Below are positions 41,102 to 52,034 of a stretch of 64,000 nucleotides of DNA, in pieces. Location: the NCBI GenBank assembly GCA_049852185.1, contig CP187540.1; one strand, given 5' to 3'. A program made the translations under genes and the position numbers. Origin of the DNA: Methanocaldococcus sp. 28A (GTDB lineage: Archaea; AGJL01; Methanococci; Methanococcales; Methanocaldococcaceae). Within the stretch, counting starts at the first letter, position 1; every line of letters starts with the position of its first letter. Below the pieces are notes generated by a model, which was not told the origin of the DNA, did not search any database, and saw only the letters and a list, made by a program, of their open reading frames with translations.

Positions 41102-42001
41102 ATGATTTACGATACAATAATTATTGGTGCTGGACCTGGGGGATTAACCGCTGGAATTTATGCCATGAGAGGTAAGCTAAAAGCTTTATGCATAGAAAAA
41201 GAAAATGCTGGGGGAAGGATTGCTGAAGCAGGAATTGTTGAAAACTATCCAGGATTTGAAGAGATTAGGGGATATGAATTAGCTGAAAAATTCAAAACTC
41301 ATGCTGAAAAGTTTAAACTTCCTATAGTTTACGATGAGGTTGTTAAAATAGATACTAAAGATAGGCCTTTCAAAGTAATAACAAAAAATTCAGCCTATGA
41401 AACTAAAACTATAGTTATAGCTACGGGAACAAGGTCTAAAAAACTTGGTTTAAATGAAGATAAATTTATAGGTAAAGGTGTAAGTTACTGCACAATGTGT
41501 GATGCATTCTTCTATTTAAATAAGGAGGTTATTGTTGTTGGAAGAGACACTCCAGCAATAATGAGTGCTATAAATTTAAAAGACATTGCTAGAAAAGTTA
41601 TTGTAATTACTGATAAATCAGAGTTAAAAGCTGCTGAGCCGATAATGTTAGATAAGCTTAAAGAAGCTAATAACGTTGAAATAATATACAATGCAAAACC
41701 ATTAGAAATCATTGGGAATGAAAGAGCAGAAGGGGTAAAAATATTAGTTAATGGAAAGGAAGAAATAATAAAAGCAGATGGGATATTTATAAGCTTGGGA
41801 CATGTTCCAAATACTGAATTTTTAAAAGATAGTGGAATAGAATTAGATAAAAGAGGATTTATTAAAACAGATGAAAACTGTAAAACAAATATAGATGGAA
41901 TTTATGCTGTAGGGGATGTTAGGGGGGGTGTTATGCAAGTAGCAAAAGCTGTAGGAGATGGATGTGTAGCTATGGGGTCTATCCTACACGGGCGATTATA
42001 G
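41102..42001 (+). CDS. trxB: Thioredoxin reductase, probably the F420-dependent methanococcal type
   Basis: [17 protein letters not shown]. The NADPH motif is replaced by GRDTPA. Confidence 0.88.
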   Translation: MIYDTIIIGAGPGGLTAGIYAMRGKLKALCIEKENAGGRIAEAGIVENYPGFEEIRGYELAEKFKTHAEKFKLPIVYDEVVKIDTKDRPFKVITKNSAYETKTIVIATGTRSKKLGLNEDKFIGKGVSYCTMCDAFFYLNKEVIVVGRDTPAIMSAINLKDIARKVIVITDKSELKAAEPIMLDKLKEANNVEIIYNAKPLEIIGNERAEGVKILVNGKEEIIKADGIFISLGHVPNTEFLKDSGIELDKRGFIKTDENCKTNIDGIYAVGDVRGGVMQVAKAVGDGCVAMGSILHGRL

Positions 42002-42008
42002 TCTAAGG

Positions 42009-42758
42009 CTAAGAATTGTTATTATTATTAATTATAATTACAGATTTGTCATTAAATGGATTTGCTCTTAAACATAACGAGTAGAGATATGGGTACTTAT
42101 CTTTTAAGTGCATTAAGTAATTTAACCATTGGATTACTAATAATCTATAAACTCTAAGAATATCGTTCTTTAAATGGTATAAATCGCTTTTTGGAAGATT
42201 ACTTAAATCTTCTCTTTTATGTAACTCATCTGCTAAATGAAAAACTGCTAATAACAGCTCAGTAAAGTCTTCATGCTCCAATAGTAAAGGATTTTCCATT
42301 AATCTTAAAAGAAATTCTTTATTTTTTTCTAATAGACTTTTAAGCTCGTATAAATCAATTTTTTCTATATCTATATTATAATCATAATTTTTTAACAGTT
42401 TTTTAGTTTTTTCATACATCTTGTTATCCCAATCTTCTGATATTTTTAAATAATCTTTTATATTATCTATATTTGCTTTTAAGATTATTTTTAAGAGCTC
42501 TTCACCAACACAACTAAAAAAAGAACCAACAACCATATTTAATTTTTCTAACTTTTTCTTTTTCTCCCTATAATCTAAAATTCTCTCAATAATTAAACTT
42601 ACAATTAAAACTTCAATAGGAACGAACGCCAAATGCAATAAAAAATAGCTTAATATGTAATCTATTTTTCCAAAAATTAAAAAATGTATTAAGTAAATCA
42701 ATATGGATAAAAAAATTAAACAAATACCTGTTGTTAAAATATACTTTTTATCATTCAT
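42009..42758 (-). CDS. Conserved hypothetical membrane protein
   Basis: Two N-terminal TMs; LNMVVGSFFS, ENPLLLEHE, YPYLYSL..R.NPF. Confidence 0.8.
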   Translation of the reverse strand: MNDKKYILTTGICLIFLSILIYLIHFLIFGKIDYILSYFLLHLAFVPIEVLIVSLIIERILDYREKKKKLEKLNMVVGSFFSCVGEELLKIILKANIDNIKDYLKISEDWDNKMYEKTKKLLKNYDYNIDIEKIDLYELKSLLEKNKEFLLRLMENPLLLEHEDFTELLLAVFHLADELHKREDLSNLPKSDLYHLKNDILRVYRLLVIQWLNYLMHLKDKYPYLYSLCLRANPFNDKSVIIINNNNNS

Positions 42759-42759
42759 C

Positions 42760-43257
42760 TTATCCCTTAAAGTTCCAAATCTTGTCCCCTAAATAATGAA
42801 GATTTTTAATGGCTTTCCCTTTATCAGCTTCTTTCATCTCTTTTCCATTCATTAATGCAATTCCTACACATATTGGTTTTTTGTGATTTTCATCTACAAC
42901 AAAAACAATATCTTCCTCTTTAATATTTTCATCAGCCTCAACAATTCCCGGAGCCATTACATCTGCTCCATTTATTAAGAATTTTATAGCACCCATATCA
43001 ACTACAACTAAATTTTTATTAGGAAGAGATTTTAATAATAATTTTAATGTAGGAATTACTTTATCATCTTTTTTAAATGCAATTGGCTCTTTATCCACTA
43101 ATATTATCTCAAAATTATCAGTTATAGCTATCTCCACATTACTTTTTTTTGGAATTATTTCATCAACATTTTCAAAAAAATCTTCCAATTCTTTTTTTAT
43201 TTTTTTGACATCTTTTTTGCTTAAAAAGTATCTTTTTTTTATTTCCAAACACATCAC
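42760..43257 (-). CDS. PUA-domain RNA-binding protein (MCT-1/Tma20-like)
   Basis: VVVDMGAIKFLINGADVMAPGI, GKAIKNLHYLGD. Confidence 0.9.
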   Translation of the reverse strand: MMCLEIKKRYFLSKKDVKKIKKELEDFFENVDEIIPKKSNVEIAITDNFEIILVDKEPIAFKKDDKVIPTLKLLLKSLPNKNLVVVDMGAIKFLINGADVMAPGIVEADENIKEEDIVFVVDENHKKPICVGIALMNGKEMKEADKGKAIKNLHYLGDKIWNFKG

Positions 43258-43269
43258 CTTTTGTTATAA

Positions 43270-43316
43270 TAGAGATTTTGCAGAAATGTTTTATTGAGTA
43301 AACTACGGAAATCCTA
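43270..43316. mobile_element. MITE family 1, short copy, TSD tataa
   Basis: tagagattttgcagaaat...ctacggaaatccta with tataa at 43265-43269 and 43317-43321. Confidence 0.65.
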
Positions 43317-44067
43317 TATAATGAAAGAGGTTGATTGATGCTATAATTACTATTAGAGCACCAACTCTTGTTATTTCATTTGAAGCCCCTAGTATATCAC
43401 CATTAACCCCGCCAAAATGCTTTTTAGCTATCTTAGCCATGCATAAACCAATAATTATTGCCGTTATTATGGCTATTATAACGATTTTCCTTTCAATCCC
43501 TTCAAATATTAAAAGTAATGGAAGAGTTAGGATAATACCAATAGTTAAAAACTTTTCATCACTTTTCTTAACAAAGTATCTTCCAGTTCCTTCAATTAAT
43601 GGATTACCAAAAGTGGAACAGCTCAACATCCCAAGCTTTGCACAAACCTCTACAACCAATAAATATAAGATAGAAATCTCTAAAATATAAGAGATGGATA
43701 CAATTGCCAGTAAATTAACAAATATTGCAAAAATTAATCCACCACAACCAACATATCTATCCTTCATAGCCATTAATTTTTTTCTTTTATCTCCTACAGC
43801 CATCCATCCATCTCCAAAATCAATTAATCCATCAATATGGTGAAAACCATTTAAATACTCAACAAAGAACAAAATTAAAATAGCGGATAAAAGATTAGGC
43901 AACAAAAAACTAAAAACATAGCCAAATATTAAACTAAAAATTCCAAACACATAACCAATCAATATAATTAAATAGAAATGATTTGCAATATCTTCAAAAT
44001 TAAAATCTTCTACATAGATAGGAATCCTTGTAAAAAATGATAACAGTGCTTTAAACTCTTTAATCAT
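43303..44067 (-). CDS. cobS: Adenosylcobinamide-GDP ribazoletransferase
   Basis: [35 protein letters not shown]. Confidence 0.93.
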   Translation of the reverse strand: MIKEFKALLSFFTRIPIYVEDFNFEDIANHFYLIILIGYVFGIFSLIFGYVFSFLLPNLLSAILILFFVEYLNGFHHIDGLIDFGDGWMAVGDKRKKLMAMKDRYVGCGGLIFAIFVNLLAIVSISYILEISILYLLVVEVCAKLGMLSCSTFGNPLIEGTGRYFVKKSDEKFLTIGIILTLPLLLIFEGIERKIVIIAIITAIIIGLCMAKIAKKHFGGVNGDILGASNEITRVGALIVIIASINLFHYIGFP

Positions 44068-44076
44068 AGTCTCATC

Positions 44077-44763
44077 TTAGCTCTTTTTTAATTTTTTAAC
44101 TATTTCTACGAGCTCTTGAATGGAGTTTGTAATATAATCGCTATACCCATTATCTTCTAAGTCTTTATATTTTCCTTTTAATATTCTAACTGTAATCATT
44201 CCAAGCTCTTTTGCTGGTTTTATATCTTTATCTACTCTATCTCCAACATATATAGTTTCTTCAGGTTTTAAATCCATCCTACTTAGTCCATATTTAAAAA
44301 ACTCTAAATGGGGTTTTCCTAAACCAAACTCCTCTGAAGTGATAACATCATCAAAAAATGGATGTATCCCCAATCTAATAAGTTTTTCCCACTGCTTTAT
44401 AGTTAATCCATCAGTTATTACACCTAACTTCAATCCCATTGCTTTAAGCTCTATCAATGTCTTTATTGTGTGTGGATAGGGTCTTAGTAATGCTACTTTA
44501 ACATTATGGTAAGTTATTATTCCAGTAGTTATTATTTTTGGGTCATATTTTCCCAAAACAGCTTTAACCAAGTCATCAAAATGCTTTCCATAGTTTGAAC
44601 CTTTATCCCTAATAATTTTATTTAATATATTCATTGCTTCTTCAAAAGATATATTTAAACCAGCATCTATCATTGATTTAACTGCCTCTCTTCTTGCAAT
44701 TTCTACAAATTCTGATGAATTGTATAAAGTATCATCCAAATCAAACAAAATTCCCTTTATCAT
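44077..44763 (-). CDS. HAD-superfamily phosphatase
   Basis: FDLDDTL, ITDG, KP, VGDR..D. Confidence 0.9.
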   Translation of the reverse strand: MIKGILFDLDDTLYNSSEFVEIARREAVKSMIDAGLNISFEEAMNILNKIIRDKGSNYGKHFDDLVKAVLGKYDPKIITTGIITYHNVKVALLRPYPHTIKTLIELKAMGLKLGVITDGLTIKQWEKLIRLGIHPFFDDVITSEEFGLGKPHLEFFKYGLSRMDLKPEETIYVGDRVDKDIKPAKELGMITVRILKGKYKDLEDNGYSDYITNSIQELVEIVKKLKKS

Positions 44764-44846
44764 AATTTTTTCCCTTTTAGCATTTTTTACGCTATATGGG
44801 CTACATTCCGTTATTGGATATACTTATGTTTGTATATATTAATCCT

Positions 44847-45131
44847 CTATGGTTTTTTTACCTTCTCTTTAACCATCTGAAACAATCCAACAAAATCATC
44901 ATCCTCTGTAACTGGAACAACAATTAATCCTAACTTTTTATGTCTTTCTATCCAACCTTCATCATAAGCAGGAACTTCTATTTTTATTGGTTCATCAGTA
45001 GGATTCCCAACTATAACATTTCTGTATGGGAAGGGCTTTACTTCCTCATCTTCTTCATAAGGAAATGTTGTCTCTCTAATATATCCTCCTAAAGCCATAG
45101 TCATTCTTGGCAATAAAACCATCTTTGGCAT
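44847..45131 (-). CDS. ehbP: Energy-converting hydrogenase B subunit P
   Basis: LGGYI.E..FPYRNVIVGNPTDEPIKIEVP family motif. Confidence 0.8.
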   Translation of the reverse strand: MPKMVLLPRMTMALGGYIRETTFPYEEDEEVKPFPYRNVIVGNPTDEPIKIEVPAYDEGWIERHKKLGLIVVPVTEDDDFVGLFQMVKEKVKKP

Positions 45132-45160
45132 TTATTACCCCCTTAGTTTATTTTAAAAAT

Positions 45161-45263
45161 TATAGTTGTGTGCAAAATACACTAAACTTTTAATTTGAAT
45201 GTCTTCCTTTTGGAAGGCATATACCTTATTTTAAATATTAAGATAGTTTTGCACTCAACTATA
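45161..45263. mobile_element. MITE family 2 copy 4 (diverged)
   Basis: tatagttgtgtgcaaaat...ttttgcactcaactata. Confidence 0.85.
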
Positions 45264-45389
45264 ATGTGTTATTCACTTAAATTTAAACTTAACTAAAAAT
45301 AGTATAGAACTTTTGCAGGTATAAATACATAAGCGAATATTGATGCTTTTGAGCATCTAAATTTCTTAAAGAATAATAAAAAGGAAGAT

Positions 45390-45991
45390 ATGAAACTTAC
45401 GATAGAAATGCTAAAGAGAAGTTGATAGAGATTAAAATTTTTTGTATTATTTGGGATTATCGTTAAGAGGGGTAGGTTTGTTTCTTTTTCAATTCGAGAG
45501 TATAAGCCACGAATCGGTTAGACAATATTACCACAAGATTAAAGATATTTTAAACGAGCCTGAAAGAAAGACAAGAAACCTAATTGCAATCGATGAAACT
45601 AAACTAAAGCTTGGAAATGAAACTATTTATGTATGGTCTGCTATCGATGTGGAATCTAAAGAATGTTTAGGTATCTACATCTCTAAAACAAGATGCTATC
45701 TCGATACTATCTTATTTGTAAGAAGTATATTAAAATTTTGCTCGAATAAACCAAAAATTTTGGTTGATGGTGGTAAATGGTATCCGTGGGCACTACAGAT
45801 ATTAGGCTTAAAATTCGAAAGAGTTCGATTCGGTTTAAGAAATTGTGTTGAAAGTTTCTTCTCTTTACTTAAACTTAGAACTAAATCTTTCTATAATAGA
45901 TTTCCTAATAATTCTAAATTCTTAACCGTAAGTTAGCTCGAACCTTTCTCCTCTTTCTATAACTTCTTCCTTATCTTATCTTGACAACCTC
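45390..45991 (+). mobile_element. IS6-family element, degraded; left end replaced by a family-1 MITE fragment at ~45305
   Basis: [31 protein letters not shown]; right TIR cttatcttgacaacc; deletions at the 5' and 3' ends of the ORF. Confidence 0.85.
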
Positions 45992-46201
45992 TAACATTTC
46001 AACAAAAAGTTTTTATAATAGGACATTTGCAGAACTAACTATCACTTTGGTTTATACTCTTTAAACATATAAATTCTAACGTAGAAACATAAAATACGAT
46101 AAATAAACTTTATAGAGAAAATTTTAATGATGACGTTCTTTTAAACATTCATTAATGTTTTATTCATTATACGTCTTTTAAATATTCTAAGAGGGATATT
46201 T

Positions 46202-47062
46202 ATGCTTAAAGATTATGCTCTCAAAATACTAAAAAAATCGTTAGAGTATGATGTTGGATTTGGCGATATCACAACAAATTCCATAATTCCAGAAGGTTTA
46301 AAAGCCAAAGGAGTTATTAAAGCTAAAGAGCCATGTATTGTTTGTGGGATTGATTTTATAGTTGCATTTTTTGAAGAATATAACATAAGATGTAAAAAAT
46401 TATTTAATGATGGTGATGAAGCTTATGGAAATATAGTAGAGCTTGAAGGAGATGCGAGAACAATATTAATGCTTGAAAGAACCGCTTTAAACTTACTTAT
46501 GCATTTGTCTGGAATTGCTACAACTACAAACCGAATAATTAAAAATATTAGAAAGGTAAATAAAAAAGTTAGGATTGCTTGCACAAGAAAAACTCTCCCT
46601 CTATTATCCCCATTACAGAAATATGCAGTATATATTGGTGGGGGAGATACCCATAGATTTAGATTAGATGACTGTGTTTTAATTAAAGATAATCACATAG
46701 CAGTAGTGGGAATAAAAGAAGCTATTAAAAGAGCTAAAGAAAACATTAGTTTTACAAAAAAGATTGAAATTGAAGTTGAAAACTTAGAAGAGTTGAAAGA
46801 TGCCTTAGAAGAGAGAGCTGATATAATAATGCTCGACAACTTTAAACCTGAAGATATAGAAAGGGCATTAAAAATAATTGATGACTTTGAAAGAAGAAAT
46901 AATTTTAGACCCATAATTGAAGTTAGTGGAGGGATTAAAGAAGATAATATTTTAGAGTATGCAAAATACAACATTGATGTCATATCTTTAGGAGTTTTAA
47001 CTCATTCAGTAAAAAGTATTGATATGAGTTTAGACATAACATTTTCAAATAATAAAAAATAA
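46202..47062 (+). CDS. nadC: Nicotinate-nucleotide diphosphorylase (carboxylating)
   Basis: GDITT, ACTRKT, HRFRLDD.VLIKDNH, IMLDN, EVSGGI. Confidence 0.96.
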   Translation: MLKDYALKILKKSLEYDVGFGDITTNSIIPEGLKAKGVIKAKEPCIVCGIDFIVAFFEEYNIRCKKLFNDGDEAYGNIVELEGDARTILMLERTALNLLMHLSGIATTTNRIIKNIRKVNKKVRIACTRKTLPLLSPLQKYAVYIGGGDTHRFRLDDCVLIKDNHIAVVGIKEAIKRAKENISFTKKIEIEVENLEELKDALEERADIIMLDNFKPEDIERALKIIDDFERRNNFRPIIEVSGGIKEDNILEYAKYNIDVISLGVLTHSVKSIDMSLDITFSNNKK

Positions 47063-47214
47063 ATTGCTAAAAAATATAAAACACAAAGAATTTAAAATAA
47101 GAAACTCATTTATATATCTAATTGAACTATATTTGATTGTACCCTTGATTAAGAAATATTTTTTATTATTAAATAAAAAGTGTTGAATAGAATAAAGGGT
47201 TTTGGGGTTATAAT

Positions 47215-47508
47215 ATGGGTATCATACTAATCATTGCAATATTGCTATTATTGGTGGGTGTTGGTTTAGCAATAGCATTGATCTCATTAAATAAAAATAA
47301 AATTAAAACCACTGCAGAATATAACAGAATACAGAAAGAAAAGGTTGACAGCGAAATTAAAATGTTAAAAAATTTAAAAAATAGGTTGTATTCTGAAGCT
47401 TCAGACGAGGTTATTAACAGTATTCTAAATAGCGAAAATACCATTTTAGAAAATGCACTTAATGATAACTTAGATGATATAGATATTTCTAAAAAACTAA
47501 GGAGGTAG
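47215..47508 (+). CDS. Small membrane-anchored hypothetical protein
   Basis: N-terminal TM helix with a charged tail; GG-rich RBS upstream. Confidence 0.7.
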   Translation: MGIILIIAILLLLVGVGLAIALISLNKNKIKTTAEYNRIQKEKVDSEIKMLKNLKNRLYSEASDEVINSILNSENTILENALNDNLDDIDISKKLRR

Positions 47509-47925
47509 TATAATTCCTACTACTTCAATAAATTTTGGATTTTTTAATTTCTTATCAAAATACATACAAATTCCAACCATTATATTTCTTTTTTTGGCAA
47601 TAATGTAATCACACTCACATCCAATCATTTCAAAACTCTCTTTCATTCTTTCAAAACCAAAAGTGTCTGGGTAGAGAGGGTTTTCATTTAAAATTTCATT
47701 TATTCTATTGACAAACTTATCTATTTCATCAATATCATCAACTATGTCAAATCCCTCTTTTTTCAGTTTTTCAGTTAAATAATTTTTAATATTATCATAT
47801 TTTTCAAATTTTTCATCTCTGCAAACTCCTTTAACCATTAACATATCATCAGTTTCAAATAATGGCTTAGAGCCTTTAAAAGCATTTAAAGCATGCATCA
47901 ATTTTCCAATATTTGCTTTCCACAT
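47497..47925 (-). CDS. Conserved methanogen hypothetical protein (DUF2120-like)
   Basis: AFKGSKPL, GFERMKESFEMIGCECDY, FIEVVG. Confidence 0.75.
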   Translation of the reverse strand: MWKANIGKLMHALNAFKGSKPLFETDDMLMVKGVCRDEKFEKYDNIKNYLTEKLKKEGFDIVDDIDEIDKFVNRINEILNENPLYPDTFGFERMKESFEMIGCECDYIIAKKRNIMVGICMYFDKKLKNPKFIEVVGIILPP

Positions 47926-47937
47926 GATAACACCAAA

Positions 47938-48891
47938 TTATAAATTTTTAACTTCCTCACAGTATTTTTTAATAATTTCAACTGATTTTCTAAATGCAAT
48001 TAACTCATCTCTGCTAAGTTCAATTGATACAATCTCCTCTATTCCCTCCTTCCCAATCTTTACTGGAACTCCAATACATAAATCTCTAATTCCATCAAAC
48101 TCTCCATCTACATAGGCTGATAGAGTTAGTAACCTCTTCTCATTATTTACGATACATCTAACTACATTTAAAATAGCTGCTGCAGGTCCAAATTCAGAAC
48201 CACCTTTTAATCTAATAATCTGCTCTCCTTTTGTTTTAACATCTTCTATAATCTCTTCTATTGGTAGTTCTTTAAATTCTTCAAACTTATAAATTGGGAT
48301 TCCTCCAATAGATGTAGCACTCAATAAAGGAACCATACTGTCTCCATGCTCTCCAATAATTCTTGTCCTAACTTCATCAATATGCACTCCAAAGAATTTA
48401 GCAATAGCTACCTTGAACCTTAAAGAATCTAAGTGAGTTCCCAAACCAAAAACCTGATTTCTTTCAAATTTTGAATCCACTAAAGCTTTATATGTCATTA
48501 CATCTACAGGGTTTGTTATAATAAATATCTTTGTATCACATATCTCAGCTATTTTTTTAGCATACTTTCCAACAATTTTTGCATTTGTTTTTGCTAAATC
48601 CATCCTACTCATTCCCTCTTTCCTCGGAACTCCACTTGTTATTATAACAATATCACTTTCATCAATAATCTTTAAGTTTTCATCACTCTCAACGTATATG
48701 TTTGCATCACTTCTTGTCCCTGCTAAAGCATCATAAATATCTCTTTTTAATCCTTCTAATTTATTTATTGAATGTTCTCTCCCAATTAATACCAAATCTT
48801 TCATAAAAGGTTCTTTAGCTAATAATAAAGCTGTTGCACTTCCAACTTTACCAGAAGCTCCTATAATTGTAACTTTCATATTATCCCTCAA
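47938..48891 (-). CDS. mdh: LDH-like malate dehydrogenase
   Basis: GASGKVG, SGVPRKEGMSRMDL, TNPVD, LDSLR, GEHGD. Confidence 0.93.
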   Translation of the reverse strand: MRDNMKVTIIGASGKVGSATALLLAKEPFMKDLVLIGREHSINKLEGLKRDIYDALAGTRSDANIYVESDENLKIIDESDIVIITSGVPRKEGMSRMDLAKTNAKIVGKYAKKIAEICDTKIFIITNPVDVMTYKALVDSKFERNQVFGLGTHLDSLRFKVAIAKFFGVHIDEVRTRIIGEHGDSMVPLLSATSIGGIPIYKFEEFKELPIEEIIEDVKTKGEQIIRLKGGSEFGPAAAILNVVRCIVNNEKRLLTLSAYVDGEFDGIRDLCIGVPVKIGKEGIEEIVSIELSRDELIAFRKSVEIIKKYCEEVKNL

Positions 48892-48976
48892 AAGTTAGTA
48901 AAATCACTGTTTCAAATTTCAAAGAAATTATTGTTTTATTTTCTAAGAATATCCTATACAAAATAAAAACTAAATA

Positions 48977-49771
48977 TTAGAGCACTTCTTCAATAAAAGA
49001 GTAAATTAAATTAACGTTATTTGAAAGTATCTCTTCAGCTTCATCTAATACATCATTTAATGTGCTTATTGTTATAGCTGGCTGTGAAATTTCTGATAAA
49101 AATTTGTGGATATCTTTTTCATGGAATAAAATTCCCTCATAATATCTCAGATTTGGGATAGCATATAAAACTCCATCTAAGGATGTTATTTCTCTTGAAG
49201 CATCAACTATTGTATCAATTGTTAAAGTCATAGTTCCAGATGTTTTTGAAACTCTCGCCTTTCTGTATGTTTTTAAAACTCCAACTTTTGCCTTTTCAAT
49301 GAATGGAGCTATTCTTTTGTATGTGTTGTCTGCCTCATAAATATCAACATCAAAAACCCCCTTAGGGTCCTCAACAATAAAAACCTTTGGATTAAATTTA
49401 GCCAAAAATTCTGGCTCAACACCTCCTAAACCTGTCAAATCAACAATTAAATCTGGATTTACTTCATTTTTCATAAGCTTTAATTTAAATTCATTTAAAT
49501 TTAAGAATTTTATGCTGTTGTTGTTTGGAACAAATCCTTTCATAAATTCGTGTATATCAACTAAATAAACTTTATCAGCATATTTTGAGAGATTTTGAGC
49601 CACATAATTCCCCCACAAATAAACTCCAAATATCACAACCTCCTTAAACTCCTCCCCTTCCAAAAAATTTCTAATTGCATGATACTTTTTCTTAGCTATT
49701 TCATTTATTACATCAATAACCTTTGTTTTTGTGTCAATTGTTTTCACTGTCTCAGTTATCCCATACTTCAT
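48977..49771 (-). CDS. hcgC: FeGP biosynthesis methyltransferase HcgC
   Basis: GITE, DLTGLGG, IVEDP, KTSGTMTLT; adjacent to hcgB. Confidence 0.85.
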   Translation of the reverse strand: MKYGITETVKTIDTKTKVIDVINEIAKKKYHAIRNFLEGEEFKEVVIFGVYLWGNYVAQNLSKYADKVYLVDIHEFMKGFVPNNNSIKFLNLNEFKLKLMKNEVNPDLIVDLTGLGGVEPEFLAKFNPKVFIVEDPKGVFDVDIYEADNTYKRIAPFIEKAKVGVLKTYRKARVSKTSGTMTLTIDTIVDASREITSLDGVLYAIPNLRYYEGILFHEKDIHKFLSEISQPAITISTLNDVLDEAEEILSNNVNLIYSFIEEVL

Positions 49772-49797
49772 AACTCCACCTCCAAAATGAAAAGGTA

Positions 49798-50280
49798 TTA
49801 AATAAAAATATTTATTCCTAATCTCCTTAAAGCTTCAATCATCTCTTTCTTTATTCTCTCCTCTATATCCTCTTTATGAATAACTGATGAAGGAGATAAA
49901 GATGCTGTTAAAATTCTCCCTTTCTCATCTAATATTATAAGCATTGAACCAGAGCCTGGAACTCCCAATCTTCCCCTCGCAATATATAAATCAGCTTTTT
50001 CTACATCTAAAGCGATTAATCCTTTAGTTAAAGCTGGCATTCTTGTTAAATCAGCAAATCTTGTATCTATGTCAAGCTTTTTAATTTCAGCATTACAAAC
50101 TTTTAACATAATATTTCTTATTACTTTAAATTTCTTTTGATTGTTTGTAGCAACAACAATTTTTTTGGCATTGATTATCTTTTCCTGGAGTTTTTTTAGC
50201 TCTTCTACTTTATCCCCTCTTCTAATATTGTTAATTGATTCAATAAAAGCATTTTTAATAATTTCCTCCATTACAATCAC
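49798..50280 (-). CDS. hcgB: FeGP biosynthesis guanylyltransferase HcgB
   Basis: RRGDK.EE, ADLTRMPA, RGRLGVPGSG, SPSSVIH. Confidence 0.88.
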   Translation of the reverse strand: MIVMEEIIKNAFIESINNIRRGDKVEELKKLQEKIINAKKIVVATNNQKKFKVIRNIMLKVCNAEIKKLDIDTRFADLTRMPALTKGLIALDVEKADLYIARGRLGVPGSGSMLIILDEKGRILTASLSPSSVIHKEDIEERIKKEMIEALRRLGINIFI

Positions 50281-50281
50281 A

Positions 50282-51733
50282 TTAAACTCTTTTCAACCAA
50301 TCTAAATCATTCTTATGTAAATCTCTAATGTCTGTTAATCCAAATCTAAGCATAGCCAATCTACTAAACCCTATACCCCAAGCCAAAACTGGCTTTTTAA
50401 TACCAATTGGTTCTAAAACTTCAGGTCTAAATATTCCCGCTCCTAAGATTTCTAACCATCCCTTTCCTTCTAAATATACTTCCGCCTCTAAAGATGGCTC
50501 GGTGAATGGGAAGTATGCAGGTCTAAACCTAACTTTTTCAAAGCCCAATCTATTTAAAAATTCTTTTAAAACCCCAATTAGATTGTTGAAATTAACATTA
50601 TCATCCATTATAATTCCTTCACACTGATAAAACTCTGGCAAATGTTTATAATCAATTGCTTCATTTCTAAATACTCTATCTATACAAAATACTTTATGAG
50701 GTCTGTTCTTTTCTTCATCTGATAATGAAGCTAAATATCTTATTGATGATGCAGTTGTATGAGTTCTTAAAATTAATCTTTTTGAAATATTTTCATCAAA
50801 TTTGTATTTCCAGCATCTTTCATGCACTTCTTTAACCTTATTTAGTAAATCTTCTGAAATATTTCCAACTTTTGGATACTTTAAGAAGAAAGTATCTTGC
50901 ATTTCTCTTGCTGGATGGTCTTGAGGTTCAAACAACATATCAAAATTCCAAAACTCGGTTTCTACAATTGGGCTCTTAATTTCTTTAAACCCCATTGCCA
51001 ACAAAATTTCTTTAACTTCTCTAATAATTCTTGTTAATGGATGTATCTTAGCAGGATATATTGGCTTTGTAGGAACTTTTACATCATAAGGTCTTATATA
51101 TGCCTTTTTCCACTTTCCACTTATTATAATATCTCTTGTTAATTGGGTAATCTCTTCTTCAATCTCTATTGGTTCTTTTATGAACTCTTTTCCTTTTTTA
51201 GTTAATCTTATCTTTATTTCTTTCTCTTCGTCAAAATCAATATATCCTCTTTTTTTCAAAATCTCTATACTTTTCTTTTCATCTTCATTGAAATTGTTTA
51301 TGTATTTATTTTCTTTGATTTTTTGTAATATCTCTTCTTCAACATCTTTATAATCTAAGTTATCAAAAATAATTTTTCCTTTTTCAATCTTTGCTATTCC
51401 TTTTCTTTTTATAGCTCCTAAGGCAGCATTAATTTCTTCTTTTGGCAAAATATCTTTTAATTTTTTAATTTCTACCTCATTTGTATTTTGTTGCTTTAAA
51501 TATTTAGCAATCTTTCTCTCTGGAAAATCATCCTCTTTAATAATTTTTACTATTTTTTTTACTTTTTCTTCTGTTTCTACCAAATCTTTACCTTTTAACC
51601 ATAAAGAAACTCTCAAAATCTTCTCTTTTGGCATAAATTTTTCTAATTCATTCAAATAAAACTCTTCTCTTTTCTGATTTTGAAAAATCTTTAACAGCCT
51701 TTTCTCGTCTATATGAAGTTCCATAATCATCAC
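50282..51733 (-). CDS. pheS: Phenylalanine--tRNA ligase alpha subunit
   Basis: [35 protein letters not shown]. Confidence 0.96.
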   Translation of the reverse strand: MMIMELHIDEKRLLKIFQNQKREEFYLNELEKFMPKEKILRVSLWLKGKDLVETEEKVKKIVKIIKEDDFPERKIAKYLKQQNTNEVEIKKLKDILPKEEINAALGAIKRKGIAKIEKGKIIFDNLDYKDVEEEILQKIKENKYINNFNEDEKKSIEILKKRGYIDFDEEKEIKIRLTKKGKEFIKEPIEIEEEITQLTRDIIISGKWKKAYIRPYDVKVPTKPIYPAKIHPLTRIIREVKEILLAMGFKEIKSPIVETEFWNFDMLFEPQDHPAREMQDTFFLKYPKVGNISEDLLNKVKEVHERCWKYKFDENISKRLILRTHTTASSIRYLASLSDEEKNRPHKVFCIDRVFRNEAIDYKHLPEFYQCEGIIMDDNVNFNNLIGVLKEFLNRLGFEKVRFRPAYFPFTEPSLEAEVYLEGKGWLEILGAGIFRPEVLEPIGIKKPVLAWGIGFSRLAMLRFGLTDIRDLHKNDLDWLKRV

Positions 51734-51839
51734 CGCATATCCCTTAAATTATTTATGTTAGTATAATACCATTCCCTTAATAAATAGATAACTATGTTTA
51801 TTAACTATGTTTAGTCCAAGTTTATTTTTTCTATTTATA

Positions 51840-51918
51840 TAGAACTTTTTGATTTAATTCTGACTTTTATTCATTAGCATTCTTATTCAATAAAAAATTC
51901 ATTCCTGCGAAAGTTCTA
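51840..51918. mobile_element. MITE family 1 copy (inverted)
   Basis: Ends ...ttcattcctgcgaaagttcta, the reverse complement of tagaactttcgcaggaatgaa. Confidence 0.65.
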
Positions 51919-52034
51919 TTAAATACTTAAATTTTAATAATTAATCAACCTTTCATGTTAATATTTGAGATTAATTTATATTAATGCAATGAAACAAATA
52001 TTATTAGATTAGTGTAGCTATCATATTATTCGGT

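Noticed and set aside
46125-46180. ATGATGA box-C-like motif
   Set aside because: No D/D' CTGA boxes and no terminal stem.
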